A stretch of 64,000 nt of DNA from Rhodospirillales bacterium (GCA_965213765.1 OZ243926.1:3481627-3545626); one strand, 5' to 3'. Numbered from the stretch's first letter, positions 46,654-55,238 are shown. Translations and numbers: made by a program. The notes: generated by a model from the letters alone, not told the origin.

Positions 46654-47835
46654 ATGCTCACCGCCACCAAAGGCATCGTCATGCCCACCACCGTCATCGG
46701 CTCCCTGCCGCGGCCGGGCTGGTTTACCGAAAACCTGGCAGGGCGGACGTTTCTTCACGCCATGCTCGATAGCCGGTTCCGCGAACAGTACACGGACGCG
46801 GTTTCGGTCTATTTGCGGGAACAGGAGACGGCGGGACTCGATATCTGCACCGATGGTGACGCGCATTACGACGAGGAGGTCGGCGGCCAAAGCTGGACCA
46901 GCTATCCGCTCTACCACATGGACGGGTTCGACCGGCAAAACCCGGCGCCGGCCATCATGAAGACCGGCGGCGTCGGCTTCCCCATGGGCCACATCCTCCA
47001 CGACTACCTCGAAGCCCGGATCATGCCCAAGCTGGTGGGGCCGGTAGGGCGCGGCGATCTGCAATACACCGCCATGTGGAAGACGGCCCAGCGCTTGACC
47101 GGCAAGCCGGTGAAGTTCGGCACCATCACCCCGGAGCTGTTGGCGGCGGCGGTCGACGACGAATATTACCCGGACCCGGTCGAGCGCATTCACGCGCTGA
47201 GCGCGGCGATGAACGAAGAGCTGACCGAACTGGCGGACGCCGGCTGTCCGGTGATCCAGATGGAAGAACCGCAAATCCACATGATCCCGTCCTGGGGCAA
47301 GGTGTTCGGCAAACTGGACATGGCGGAGATGGTCGAGGTGTTCAACAACACCGTGAGGGGCCTCCGCGACAAGGCCGAAGTGTGGTGCCACACCTGTTGG
47401 GGCAACCCGTCGCAGCAGCGGATGTTCAAGGAAATCCAGAGCTACGCGCCGGCCCTCGAACATCTCAACCGTGTGGATGCGGATGTGATCACCTTCGAGT
47501 CATGCTCCTCGGGGCGCATGGACCTGGAGGCCATCGGCCGGCACATCACCGAAAAGAAAGTCGCCATCGGGGTCATCGATCACCATTCCCTTCAGGTGGA
47601 GAAGCCCGAGGACGTGGCCGACCCTATTCGCGAGGCGCTTCGGCATATTCCCGCCGAACGCCTTGTGATCGCGTCGGACTGCGGCATGGGCCGGGAAGGG
47701 ATGGCGCGGCGCCACGCGCGCTACAAGATGGTCTCCCTGGTACTCGGCACCAACATCGTGAAGAAGGAACTCGGCCTGCCGGAGGCTGACTGCCTCGCCG
47801 CCGACGGCCGTTATTCGCTGGTCAAGACGGAATAG
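46654..47835 (+). CDS. MetE-like / CIMS-like (beta-alpha)8 protein, divergent paralog c
   Basis: ORF-track 45673..47835 trimmed to the ATG at 46654 (MLTATKGIVMPTTVIGSLPRPGWF...). CHTCWGN, TFESCSSG, ASDCGMG. Confidence 0.75.
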   Translation: MLTATKGIVMPTTVIGSLPRPGWFTENLAGRTFLHAMLDSRFREQYTDAVSVYLREQETAGLDICTDGDAHYDEEVGGQSWTSYPLYHMDGFDRQNPAPAIMKTGGVGFPMGHILHDYLEARIMPKLVGPVGRGDLQYTAMWKTAQRLTGKPVKFGTITPELLAAAVDDEYYPDPVERIHALSAAMNEELTELADAGCPVIQMEEPQIHMIPSWGKVFGKLDMAEMVEVFNNTVRGLRDKAEVWCHTCWGNPSQQRMFKEIQSYAPALEHLNRVDADVITFESCSSGRMDLEAIGRHITEKKVAIGVIDHHSLQVEKPEDVADPIREALRHIPAERLVIASDCGMGREGMARRHARYKMVSLVLGTNIVKKELGLPEADCLAADGRYSLVKTE

Positions 47836-47932
47836 CGCCGCGACGTTGTTCATGCGGGCCGTCGCGGTTAATCTGCCGGGAGGACGGCTCTTTCGAACGC
47901 GACAAATGAACCCGGTAAAGGGGGGCGGGAAC

Positions 47933-48790
47933 ATGCTGGACGAGGCCCAAGGCTATACCACCCAGGACATGGAGTATCTGCGGTTCGGCGACCGCGGGAT
48001 CGGTCTCAGATTATTCACACCCGTTGGGACGGGCCCCTTTCCCCTGGTCGTCGATGTTCATGGCGGGGCCTGGAACATGAGCGATTTCAACAGCTGCCGG
48101 GAGCGGGACGAGGTGCTGGCCGGCGCCGGTCTCGCCGTGGCGGCCATCGATTTCCGCCATGGACCGGACAAGTACCCCTCGTCCCTGGCCGATATCAACT
48201 ACGCGATCCGCTGGCTGAAATCGAAGGCGGCGGAATTCGACATCGATGCCGGACGGGTCGGGATTTCCGGTCAGTCGAGCGGCGGACATCTCGCCATGTT
48301 GGCCGCCATGCGGCCCGCCGATCCCCGCTATGCCGGGCTTCCCGTCGAGAGCGCCTCCCCGGAGATCGATGCGGCCGTCTCCTGCGCCGGCCTGTCGTGG
48401 CCGGTGATCAACCCCCTGTCCCGATACCGGCATGCCGTCCGGACCCGGGAAAGCGGCGAAAATGCGGACTGGGTCGGAAAGCTGCCGGAGCTTCACCACA
48501 TTTATTGGGGGACCGAAGAGGTGATGGAGGAAGGCAACCCGATGCTCGCCCTGGAGCGCGGCGAGAACGTTGAGACGCCGCCCGCCCTTTGGGTTCAAGG
48601 GCGGCCGGATATCGTTCACGACTACCGGGACCTGTCATCCGGCGCCACGGTGAACGAGCCGGAACGGTTTGCCGCGAACTACCGCGCTGCGGGGGGCGAG
48701 ATCGAGGTCGTATACGTCGAGCAGGCGCACCGCGGAACCGAAGTGTCCTGGAATCCGCTGGCCGCGTTCTTTCTCAAGCACCTTGGGTGA
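47933..48790 (+). CDS. Alpha/beta hydrolase (esterase/lipase-like)
   Basis: ORF-track 47846..48790 trimmed to the ATG at 47933 (AAAGGGGGG upstream). Oxyanion VHGGAW and nucleophile elbow GQSSGGHLA. Confidence 0.8.
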   Translation: MLDEAQGYTTQDMEYLRFGDRGIGLRLFTPVGTGPFPLVVDVHGGAWNMSDFNSCRERDEVLAGAGLAVAAIDFRHGPDKYPSSLADINYAIRWLKSKAAEFDIDAGRVGISGQSSGGHLAMLAAMRPADPRYAGLPVESASPEIDAAVSCAGLSWPVINPLSRYRHAVRTRESGENADWVGKLPELHHIYWGTEEVMEEGNPMLALERGENVETPPALWVQGRPDIVHDYRDLSSGATVNEPERFAANYRAAGGEIEVVYVEQAHRGTEVSWNPLAAFFLKHLG

Positions 48791-48836
48791 GCACCGTGGT
48801 ATTGAACCGGTCGCTTGAGCGCATGGGCTCGACGAG

Positions 48837-49979
48837 ATGGTGAAGGGTCCGTTCCGCGCCGATCACGTCGGGAGCCTGCTGCGCCCGCCGGAGCTTCTTG
48901 AGGCCCGCGAGCAATTCAAGAACGGAGAGATGGATGCCGGCGCCCTTCGCGAGGTCGAGGACCGGCTGATCCGCCGTGCGGTAAAGTTGGAGGAAGAGAC
49001 CGGCATCCAGCCGGTGACCGACGGCGATTACCGCCGCGATTCGTGGTCCAACGATTTCCTGGATGCCATCGAAGGCGTGAAGAGCGCCTCGCCGCCGGCC
49101 AAGCGCTCCGACGATCACCACACGACGGAGGTCGGCGGCGTCGTGAAGACCTTCAAGCTGCCCGCGCCGACCACGCACGGCAGGCTGGGCTGGCCGGCGG
49201 GCGGCATTCAGCGCCGTTCGTTCAACTTCCTCAAGGGCGAAACCTCCCGCACGCCCAAGGTCACCATGCCGTCGGTGAGCATGCTGCATTTTCGGGGCGG
49301 CCGCGGCGGCGTTTCCGAGGATGCCTATCCGGACATGGAGGAGTTTTTCAAGGATGCCTCCGGGATTTGGCGCGCGGAAATTCTCGACCTCGCGGCGCAA
49401 GGCTGCCGCTACGTGCAGCTTGACGACACCAATCTTGCTTACCTCTGCGACGAGCGGCTGCGGGAAAACGTGCGCGAGCTGGGCGAGGACCCGGATGATC
49501 TCCCCCATCTCTACGCCCGGCTGATCAACGATGCCATCGCCGGCCGGCCGGAGGATATGGCCGTTGCCATTCACCTTTGCCGGGGCAACTCCTTCAGCCG
49601 GGGCCACGCCGAAGGCGGATACGAACATGTGGCCGAAGCCATCTTCAACGAGGTCAAGGTGGACGGGTTCTTCCTCGAATATGACGACGAGCGCTCGGGC
49701 GGGTTCGAGCCGTTGCGCTTCGTTCCCAAAGGATCAGGCGGGCCCAGGATCGTCCTCGGCATCGTCACGTCCAAGTTCGGCGAGTTGGAGGACAAGGATG
49801 GCCTCAAACGCCGCCTCGACGAAGCCGCCCGATACATGCCCCCGGAACAGATGTGCCTCTCCCCTCAATGCGGGTTTGCCAGCCACACCGGCGGCAACCT
49901 GCTGAGCGAGGAACAGCAATGGGCCAAGCTCCGCCATTGCGTCGAGGTGGCCGAAGAGGTTTGGGGCACCGCGATTTAA
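48837..49979 (+). CDS. Single-domain MetE-like protein, paralog d
   Basis: ORF-track 380 aa: FRADHVGSLLRP...VTDGDYRR, IHLCRGN, LEYDDE, SPQCGFAS. Shares the 22-aa block DGFFLEYDDERSGGFEPLRFVP with paralog a. Confidence 0.8.
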   Translation: MVKGPFRADHVGSLLRPPELLEAREQFKNGEMDAGALREVEDRLIRRAVKLEEETGIQPVTDGDYRRDSWSNDFLDAIEGVKSASPPAKRSDDHHTTEVGGVVKTFKLPAPTTHGRLGWPAGGIQRRSFNFLKGETSRTPKVTMPSVSMLHFRGGRGGVSEDAYPDMEEFFKDASGIWRAEILDLAAQGCRYVQLDDTNLAYLCDERLRENVRELGEDPDDLPHLYARLINDAIAGRPEDMAVAIHLCRGNSFSRGHAEGGYEHVAEAIFNEVKVDGFFLEYDDERSGGFEPLRFVPKGSGGPRIVLGIVTSKFGELEDKDGLKRRLDEAARYMPPEQMCLSPQCGFASHTGGNLLSEEQQWAKLRHCVEVAEEVWGTAI

Positions 49980-50057
49980 GCTTTTTCCCGATTTGATTGC
50001 CGGGCCGGCAGCACCCGCTCAAATCGGTAAGCTGGAAAAAATGTCTGGAGGGCCAAC

Positions 50058-50678
50058 ATGGAGTTCTTCGCCTGGGGGGTGAACCATTCGGGAGTCGCCG
50101 GCAAGCGCTCGGCGATTATTCGGCAACACTGGGACTTCATCGACCGCTACAAGGACAGGCTGATCGCGCGGGGACCGGTGCTCGATCCGCGCGACCCGTC
50201 GCGGGTCACCGGCTCCATCCATATCGCGGAGCTCGATGACTGGCAGGAGGCCAAGCGCTTCGTCTACGAGGAGCCGTTCCACAAAGCCGGTTTGTTCGAA
50301 AACGTGCTCATCCGGCGTTTCGAGCTGGAACTCGGCCGCACTCAGTTTGAATTCGAGAGCGCGGGCGATCTGCCCCGTTTCTTCATCTATTGTTCCCGGG
50401 CCCGCGGCAACGAGACCGGCCCGGAGCGGGTGGCCGATGAATACGACGCCTATTGCGCCGGGTTCGACGCCAATTTCCTGTGCCGCGGCGCGCTGGTCGA
50501 CGACCGGGGCGGCCGGGCCGGCAGCATTTATTTGATGGAGATGGCCGACACGGACGCCGCCGCCGAATTCCTGGCGGGTGAGCCCTACCTCAAGGCCGGG
50601 CTCTACGGCGACGTGCAGGTCCATCGGTGGACTCCGGGCGGACCCGAAAACCTCAACCGACGCGGCGAGCTTGCCTGA
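50058..50678 (+). CDS. Tandem (double) YciI-like domain protein
   Basis: ORF-track 206 aa. Two about 100-aa halves end ...EEPFHKAGLFENVLIRRFE and ...GEPYLKAGLYGDVQVHRW. Confidence 0.6.
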   Translation: MEFFAWGVNHSGVAGKRSAIIRQHWDFIDRYKDRLIARGPVLDPRDPSRVTGSIHIAELDDWQEAKRFVYEEPFHKAGLFENVLIRRFELELGRTQFEFESAGDLPRFFIYCSRARGNETGPERVADEYDAYCAGFDANFLCRGALVDDRGGRAGSIYLMEMADTDAAAEFLAGEPYLKAGLYGDVQVHRWTPGGPENLNRRGELA

Positions 50679-50707
50679 GGGCCCGTCACCCCGATAACCT
50701 GCCCCCC

Positions 50708-52003
50708 ATGCCGCCGCCGCTCGTCGACCTGCCCGCCGGATTTCCGCCTCTCGATGTCAGGGTCTGCACGCCCGAGCGGCGCGAGCCCGGCTACATGATT
50801 CTCTCTCTCGGCAGGGGCACCCGCGCCGTCCAGCAGAGATCCGACTTCGAAGCCCTGGTAGCCATCGATCGGGAGGGCCGCCCGGTTTGGTGCTGGCAGT
50901 CGGCCTCGTCGGTCATGGATGTGAAGCGCACGCCCCGCAATACGTTGCTGGTGGTAACCACGGACGGCTGCATCCAGGAGATCGACGCGGGCGGGGCGAC
51001 GTTGCGAAAGTGGAGCACGCCGGGTGCGTCGCCCAGCCTGGCGGGTAATGAAATCCCGGTCGACACCCTCTATTTCCATCATGCGGTTCGCGAGTTGCCC
51101 AACGGAAATCTGGCGGCGCTCTCAATTTCCACCGGCGAGTTCGATGACTACCCCCTCAGCTTGATGGACCCCGGTGCCGGCCGGGGAAAACGCAAACTGG
51201 TGGCCGATGTGCTGGTCGAATTTACCCCTGAAGGCGATGTCGTCCACGCCCACGATTTTTTCGACATTCTCGATTCGCACCGGACCGCCTACGGACTCGA
51301 TACCCCGTTCTGGACCATTTGCGGCGTGGTGCCCGACGGCGCCGATCTGACCCATGCCAACGGTCTCGTCCACGACCCCGTCGACGACAGCTTCATCACC
51401 ACCGTCCGCCACCAGGATTGTGTGATCAAGATCGACCGGGCGACCGGCGCGCTGAAATGGATCCTGGGCACGCCGGAGGGCTGGACCGGGGACTGGGCGG
51501 ACAAGGTGCTCAAGCCGGTGGGCGAAACGTCGTGGCACTGGCATTCCCACGATCCGAGCATCATGGCCGACGGCTCGATCCTGCTGTTCGACAACGGTGA
51601 CAGCGGCGCCTTTCCGCCGGCGCCGCCCCTCAACCTCGATGACTGCGTTTCACGCGCCATCGCCTACCGCGTGGACGAGGCGGCGGGCACGGTGGAGCAG
51701 GTGTGGTCTTTCGGCGGTCCGGAACACGGGACGCCGTACTCCATGTATATCAGCGGCGCCCACGAACTGCCGGCGACCGGCAATGTCTTCGTTACCTTCG
51801 GCGGTATCATCCTGAACCGCGACGGTGAGCGGGTCCACCTGCCGCCGGCGGGCCACGGCTCGGCGGAAGTCTATGAGGTCACCCGCGCGGACGATTCGGA
51901 AATTCTGTTCCACGCCGAGATCAGCAACCGCCACACCGACGCGGAGGTCGGCTGGGGGATCTTCCGCGCCGAATGGGTGCCGGACGACTTCTTCGGCGGC
52001 TAG
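50708..52003 (+). CDS. Arylsulfotransferase (ASST)-like beta-propeller protein, no signal peptide
   Basis: ORF-track 50627..52003 trimmed to the ATG at 50708. FHHAVRELPNGN, LTHANGLVHDP and HWHSHDPS segments recall ASST-family proteins. The stop TAG lies within the CTAG terminus of MITE copy C. Confidence 0.55.
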   Translation: MPPPLVDLPAGFPPLDVRVCTPERREPGYMILSLGRGTRAVQQRSDFEALVAIDREGRPVWCWQSASSVMDVKRTPRNTLLVVTTDGCIQEIDAGGATLRKWSTPGASPSLAGNEIPVDTLYFHHAVRELPNGNLAALSISTGEFDDYPLSLMDPGAGRGKRKLVADVLVEFTPEGDVVHAHDFFDILDSHRTAYGLDTPFWTICGVVPDGADLTHANGLVHDPVDDSFITTVRHQDCVIKIDRATGALKWILGTPEGWTGDWADKVLKPVGETSWHWHSHDPSIMADGSILLFDNGDSGAFPPAPPLNLDDCVSRAIAYRVDEAAGTVEQVWSFGGPEHGTPYSMYISGAHELPATGNVFVTFGGIILNRDGERVHLPPAGHGSAEVYEVTRADDSEILFHAEISNRHTDAEVGWGIFRAEWVPDDFFGG

Positions 52004-52145
52004 GGTCGGGACTCAATTGAGCCGCCATTCGATTGTTGCGGCGATGAAGACGGCGCGGCACAGGGTCCCTCGCCCCCGTCAGGGGGAGAGAGGCAGGGTG
52101 AGAGCGCGCAAAAAGGAGACTCCCCTAATGGAATCCGTACCCTAG
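52000..52145. repeat. MITE-like repeat, copy C (minimal 146-bp form, inverted relative to A and B)
   Basis: Bounded by CTAG at both ends. Ends CTAGGGTCGGGACTCAATTGAGCCGCCAT and TCCCCTAATGGAATCCGTACCCTAG form imperfect terminal inverted repeats. Core hairpin CCCTCGCCCCCGTCAGGGGGAGAG. Confidence 0.7.
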
Positions 52146-52206
52146 AGCCGATCATGGTTTGTCGGAATCGCTTTGCGATGCCGACAATCCATGTGAATCG
52201 GCTCTA
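52143..52206. repeat. TAGAGC...GCTCTA palindromic element (copy H1)
   Basis: TAGAGCCGATCATGGTTTGTCGG...CCGACAATCCATGTGAATCGGCTCTA. Its first TAG is shared with the terminal CTAG of MITE copy C. Confidence 0.6.
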
Positions 52207-52217
52207 CACTATTAAAA

Positions 52218-52282
52218 TAGATCGGATTCACATGTTTTGACAAAACCGCGCCGTGGTTCCGTCAAAACATGACCCGATCTAG
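52218..52282. repeat. Palindromic element (copy H2), same family as H1 in opposite orientation
   Basis: TAGATCGGATTCACATGTTTTGAC-N19-GTCAAAACATGACCCGATCTAG. Each arm matches the opposite arm of H1. Confidence 0.6.
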
Positions 52283-52336
52283 GGGCCGTCATCCTCCGCT
52301 TGTCCCGGCCCCTCCGGTCTGACAGAACCGTCGGCG

Positions 52337-53224
52337 ATGAAATTACTGCTCAACAACGGCTATTTGATGATCGTGATCACCGCGATCACCTGGTCGGGCA
52401 ATGCCATCGTCGCCCGCGCCGTCCACGAGGTGGTGCCGCCCATCGGCCTGTCGTTCTGGCGCTGGGCGGCCACGGTGCCCGTCTTCCTGCTCCTCGCCTG
52501 GCCCCATTTGAAACGGGATATCCCGGAAGCCGCCGCCAACTGGAAAATCCTCGTGGTGCTGAGCGTGCTGTCGGTGAGCATCTACAATTCGTTCATCTAC
52601 ATCGCCCTCAATTCGACGACGGCGACCAACTCGTTCCTGATCAACACGTCGCGCCCCGTGATCATCGTGATCCTGTCGCTGATAATCCTGCGGCTGGCGG
52701 TCACCGGCCGGCAGGTCGCCGGACTGGCGCTCGGCCTGATCGGCACGGCGGTGATCGTGTCCCGGGGCGATCTCGGCGTCGTTGCGGCGCTGGATTTCGT
52801 ACCCGGTGATCTGTGGGTCTTGGCGGCGACCCTATCCTGGGCGCTGTACACGGTCTATCTCGGCAAGCGCCCCAAGGTCCATCTCGCCAGCTTCATGTTC
52901 CTGACCGCGGTCATCGGCCTCGCCGTGCTGGCGCCGTTCTATTGGTGGGAGCATGTCTATGTCCGTCCCGTGCCCCTGGCCCCCGAAACCTTCTTCGCGG
53001 TGGCCTATCTCTCTATCGTCGCCTCGGTGATCGCCTATATGGCCTATAACCGGGCGGTCGAAATCCTGGGCCCCAACGTGGCCGGCCTGACGTCCTATTT
53101 TGTGCCGGTGTTCGGCGTCACCCTGGCGATCCTGCTGTTGGGCGAGAGCTTTCGGCTGTTCCACGCCATCGGCATCGCGCTGCTGCTCAGCGGCGTCTAT
53201 CTGGCGACCAAGGCCAAGGGATAG
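52337..53224 (+). CDS. DMT-superfamily (EamA) transporter
   Basis: ORF-track 295 aa, 10-TM pattern with two EamA-like halves. Confidence 0.85.
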   Translation: MKLLLNNGYLMIVITAITWSGNAIVARAVHEVVPPIGLSFWRWAATVPVFLLLAWPHLKRDIPEAAANWKILVVLSVLSVSIYNSFIYIALNSTTATNSFLINTSRPVIIVILSLIILRLAVTGRQVAGLALGLIGTAVIVSRGDLGVVAALDFVPGDLWVLAATLSWALYTVYLGKRPKVHLASFMFLTAVIGLAVLAPFYWWEHVYVRPVPLAPETFFAVAYLSIVASVIAYMAYNRAVEILGPNVAGLTSYFVPVFGVTLAILLLGESFRLFHAIGIALLLSGVYLATKAKG

Positions 53225-53236
53225 TATAAGCCGGAT

Positions 53237-54028
53237 ATGTCAAATTCTTCCGGCGATCTGATCCTCACCGAGCGCGACGGCGCCATCGCCACCGTCATCC
53301 TCAACCGCGCGGAAAAGTTCAACGCCTTGAACAAGGAGATGTGGGCGGGCGTCGGCGAGGCCTTCCGGGCCCTTGACGGCGACGAGGGTATCCGCTGCGT
53401 CATCCTCCGGGGCGCCGGCGAGAAGGCCATGGGACCGGGCGCCGATATCGCCGAGTTTTCCGAGGCGCGCGGCAACTCGGAACAGGCGGCGGATTACGGC
53501 GGGCTGATGCACACGGCCATGCACGCGATCCGCGACTGCCGTCATCCGACGGTGGCGCAGATCCACGGGCTGTGCGTCGGCGGCGCGCTTGAACTGGCTT
53601 TGTCGTGCGATATCCGCATCTGCGGCGAAGGCTCCCGGTTCGGCATTCCCGTCAACCGGCTGGGTCTGGTGATGGCCTATCCGGAGATCGAGGCGCTGGT
53701 CGGCTTGGTCGGCCGCTCGGCGGCGCTGGAAATACTCTATGAGGGCCGGGTGTTCGATGCCGCCGAAGCCAAGGACAAAGGCCTGGTGAACCGGGTGGTT
53801 GCCGATGACCGGGTCGCCGGCGAGGCCCGGGCCGCCGCCGAGCGCATCGCCGAGGGCGCGCCCCTGGTCAACCGCTGGCACAAGAAATTCGTCGGCCGCA
53901 TCCTCGCCGGCGGCGAATTGTCGGCGGAAGAAGCGGCCGAGGGTTTCGCCTGCTTCGATACCGAGGATTTCAAAGAGGGTGTCCGCGCCTTCCTCGCCAA
54001 GGACAAACCGGACTTCAAGGGCGAGTAG
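53237..54028 (+). CDS. Enoyl-CoA hydratase/isomerase family protein
   Basis: ORF-track 263 aa: NRAEKFNAL...LRGAGEKA...GPGADI...G.CVGGALELAL.CD. Confidence 0.85.
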   Translation: MSNSSGDLILTERDGAIATVILNRAEKFNALNKEMWAGVGEAFRALDGDEGIRCVILRGAGEKAMGPGADIAEFSEARGNSEQAADYGGLMHTAMHAIRDCRHPTVAQIHGLCVGGALELALSCDIRICGEGSRFGIPVNRLGLVMAYPEIEALVGLVGRSAALEILYEGRVFDAAEAKDKGLVNRVVADDRVAGEARAAAERIAEGAPLVNRWHKKFVGRILAGGELSAEEAAEGFACFDTEDFKEGVRAFLAKDKPDFKGE

Positions 54029-54029
54029 C

Positions 54030-55238
54030 ATGGGCGGCCTGCTGGACGGTATCCGGGTGATCGAACTCAGCCACGTGATGGCCGCCCCCACCTGCGGGCT
54101 GCATCTCTCCGACATGGGCGCCGACGTGATCAAGGTCGAGCGGTTGCCGGGCGGCGACAACGTCCGCCGGAACGGGCCGTTCGTCGACGGCGAGTCCGCC
54201 GGGTTCGCGATGATGAACCGCGGCAAGCGGGGCGTGGCGCTGGATCTCCGCTCCGGCGACGGCCGCGCGGTCCTGCGGCGGCTGGCGGACCGGGCGGATG
54301 TGTTTATCGAAAACTACCGCCGGGGCGCCATGGAGCATTACGGCGTCGGCTGGGAGAGTGTCCGCGGGACCAACCCCCGGCTGGTCTACTGCACCGTCTC
54401 CGGTTACGGCGCGACCGGACCGCTGGCCGGGCAGGGCGGTTTCGATCTGGTGGCGCAGGGGATGAGCGGACTGATGAGCATCACCGGCGAAGGTCCGGGC
54501 CGGCCGCCGGTCAAGGTCGGCGCGCCGGTGACCGACATCACCGCCGGGACGCTGGCCGCCATGGGGATCCTCGGCGCGCTGGTCGCCCGCGGGCGCACCG
54601 GCGAAGGGCAGTATGTGGACACGTCGCTCTACGAGGCCGGGATCATGCACACCTATTGGCAGTCGGCGATCTACCTCAATTCCGGTGAGGTGCCGATGGC
54701 GATGGGGTCGGCCCATCCGATGATGGCGCCCTATCAGGCGTTCCCCACCGCCGACGGATGGATCAATGTGGGAAGCGCCAACCAGGGTCTGTGGCTCAAG
54801 CTGATCGGGCTCTTGGGCGCGCCGGAACTGGCGGACGACGACCGGTTCGCCGAACCGCCGCAGCGGATCGAAAACCTGGATCGGCTGGTGGGGGTGCTGA
54901 CCCCTCTGTTTCAGGCCAAATCCACCGCCGAGTGGCAGGCGCTGCTTGACGGGGCGGGCATTCCCGCCGGGCCGGTCTACGATGTCGCGCAGATGGCGGC
55001 CGATCCGCAGACCCAAGCCCGCGACATGATCCGCGAGACCGAGACCCATGAGGGCTCGGCCATGCGGGTGCTGGGTCATCCGGTGAAGTACTCCGCCGCC
55101 GAAACCCCGGTGCGGCTGCCCGGCCCGGCCCTCGGCGAGCACAACCGCGAGGTGCTTCTCGAGTTCGGCTATGACGACGCTGAAATCAATGCCTTTGAGG
55201 AATCCGGTGCTATCGGCGGCTCCGGCGGCACGGACTAG
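54030..55238 (+). CDS. Class III CoA-transferase (CaiB/BaiF family)
   Basis: Tail of ORF-track 53799..55238, ATG at 54030 (MGGLLDGIRVIELSHVMAAPTCGLHLSDMGADVIKVE...GFDLVAQGMSGLMS). The stop TAG lies within the CTAG terminus of MITE copy B. Confidence 0.85.
   Translation: MGGLLDGIRVIELSHVMAAPTCGLHLSDMGADVIKVERLPGGDNVRRNGPFVDGESAGFAMMNRGKRGVALDLRSGDGRAVLRRLADRADVFIENYRRGAMEHYGVGWESVRGTNPRLVYCTVSGYGATGPLAGQGGFDLVAQGMSGLMSITGEGPGRPPVKVGAPVTDITAGTLAAMGILGALVARGRTGEGQYVDTSLYEAGIMHTYWQSAIYLNSGEVPMAMGSAHPMMAPYQAFPTADGWINVGSANQGLWLKLIGLLGAPELADDDRFAEPPQRIENLDRLVGVLTPLFQAKSTAEWQALLDGAGIPAGPVYDVAQMAADPQTQARDMIRETETHEGSAMRVLGHPVKYSAAETPVRLPGPALGEHNREVLLEFGYDDAEINAFEESGAIGGSGGTD

Noticed and set aside
45673-47835. 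720-aa plus ORF and 721-aa minus ORF (45298-47463) spanning the divergent MetE-like genes
   Set aside because: Each is a real roughly 380-390-aa gene fused in-frame to antisense read-through of its neighbour. Trimmed to ATG 46654 (plus) and ATG 46431 (minus), where homology to the other paralogs begins.
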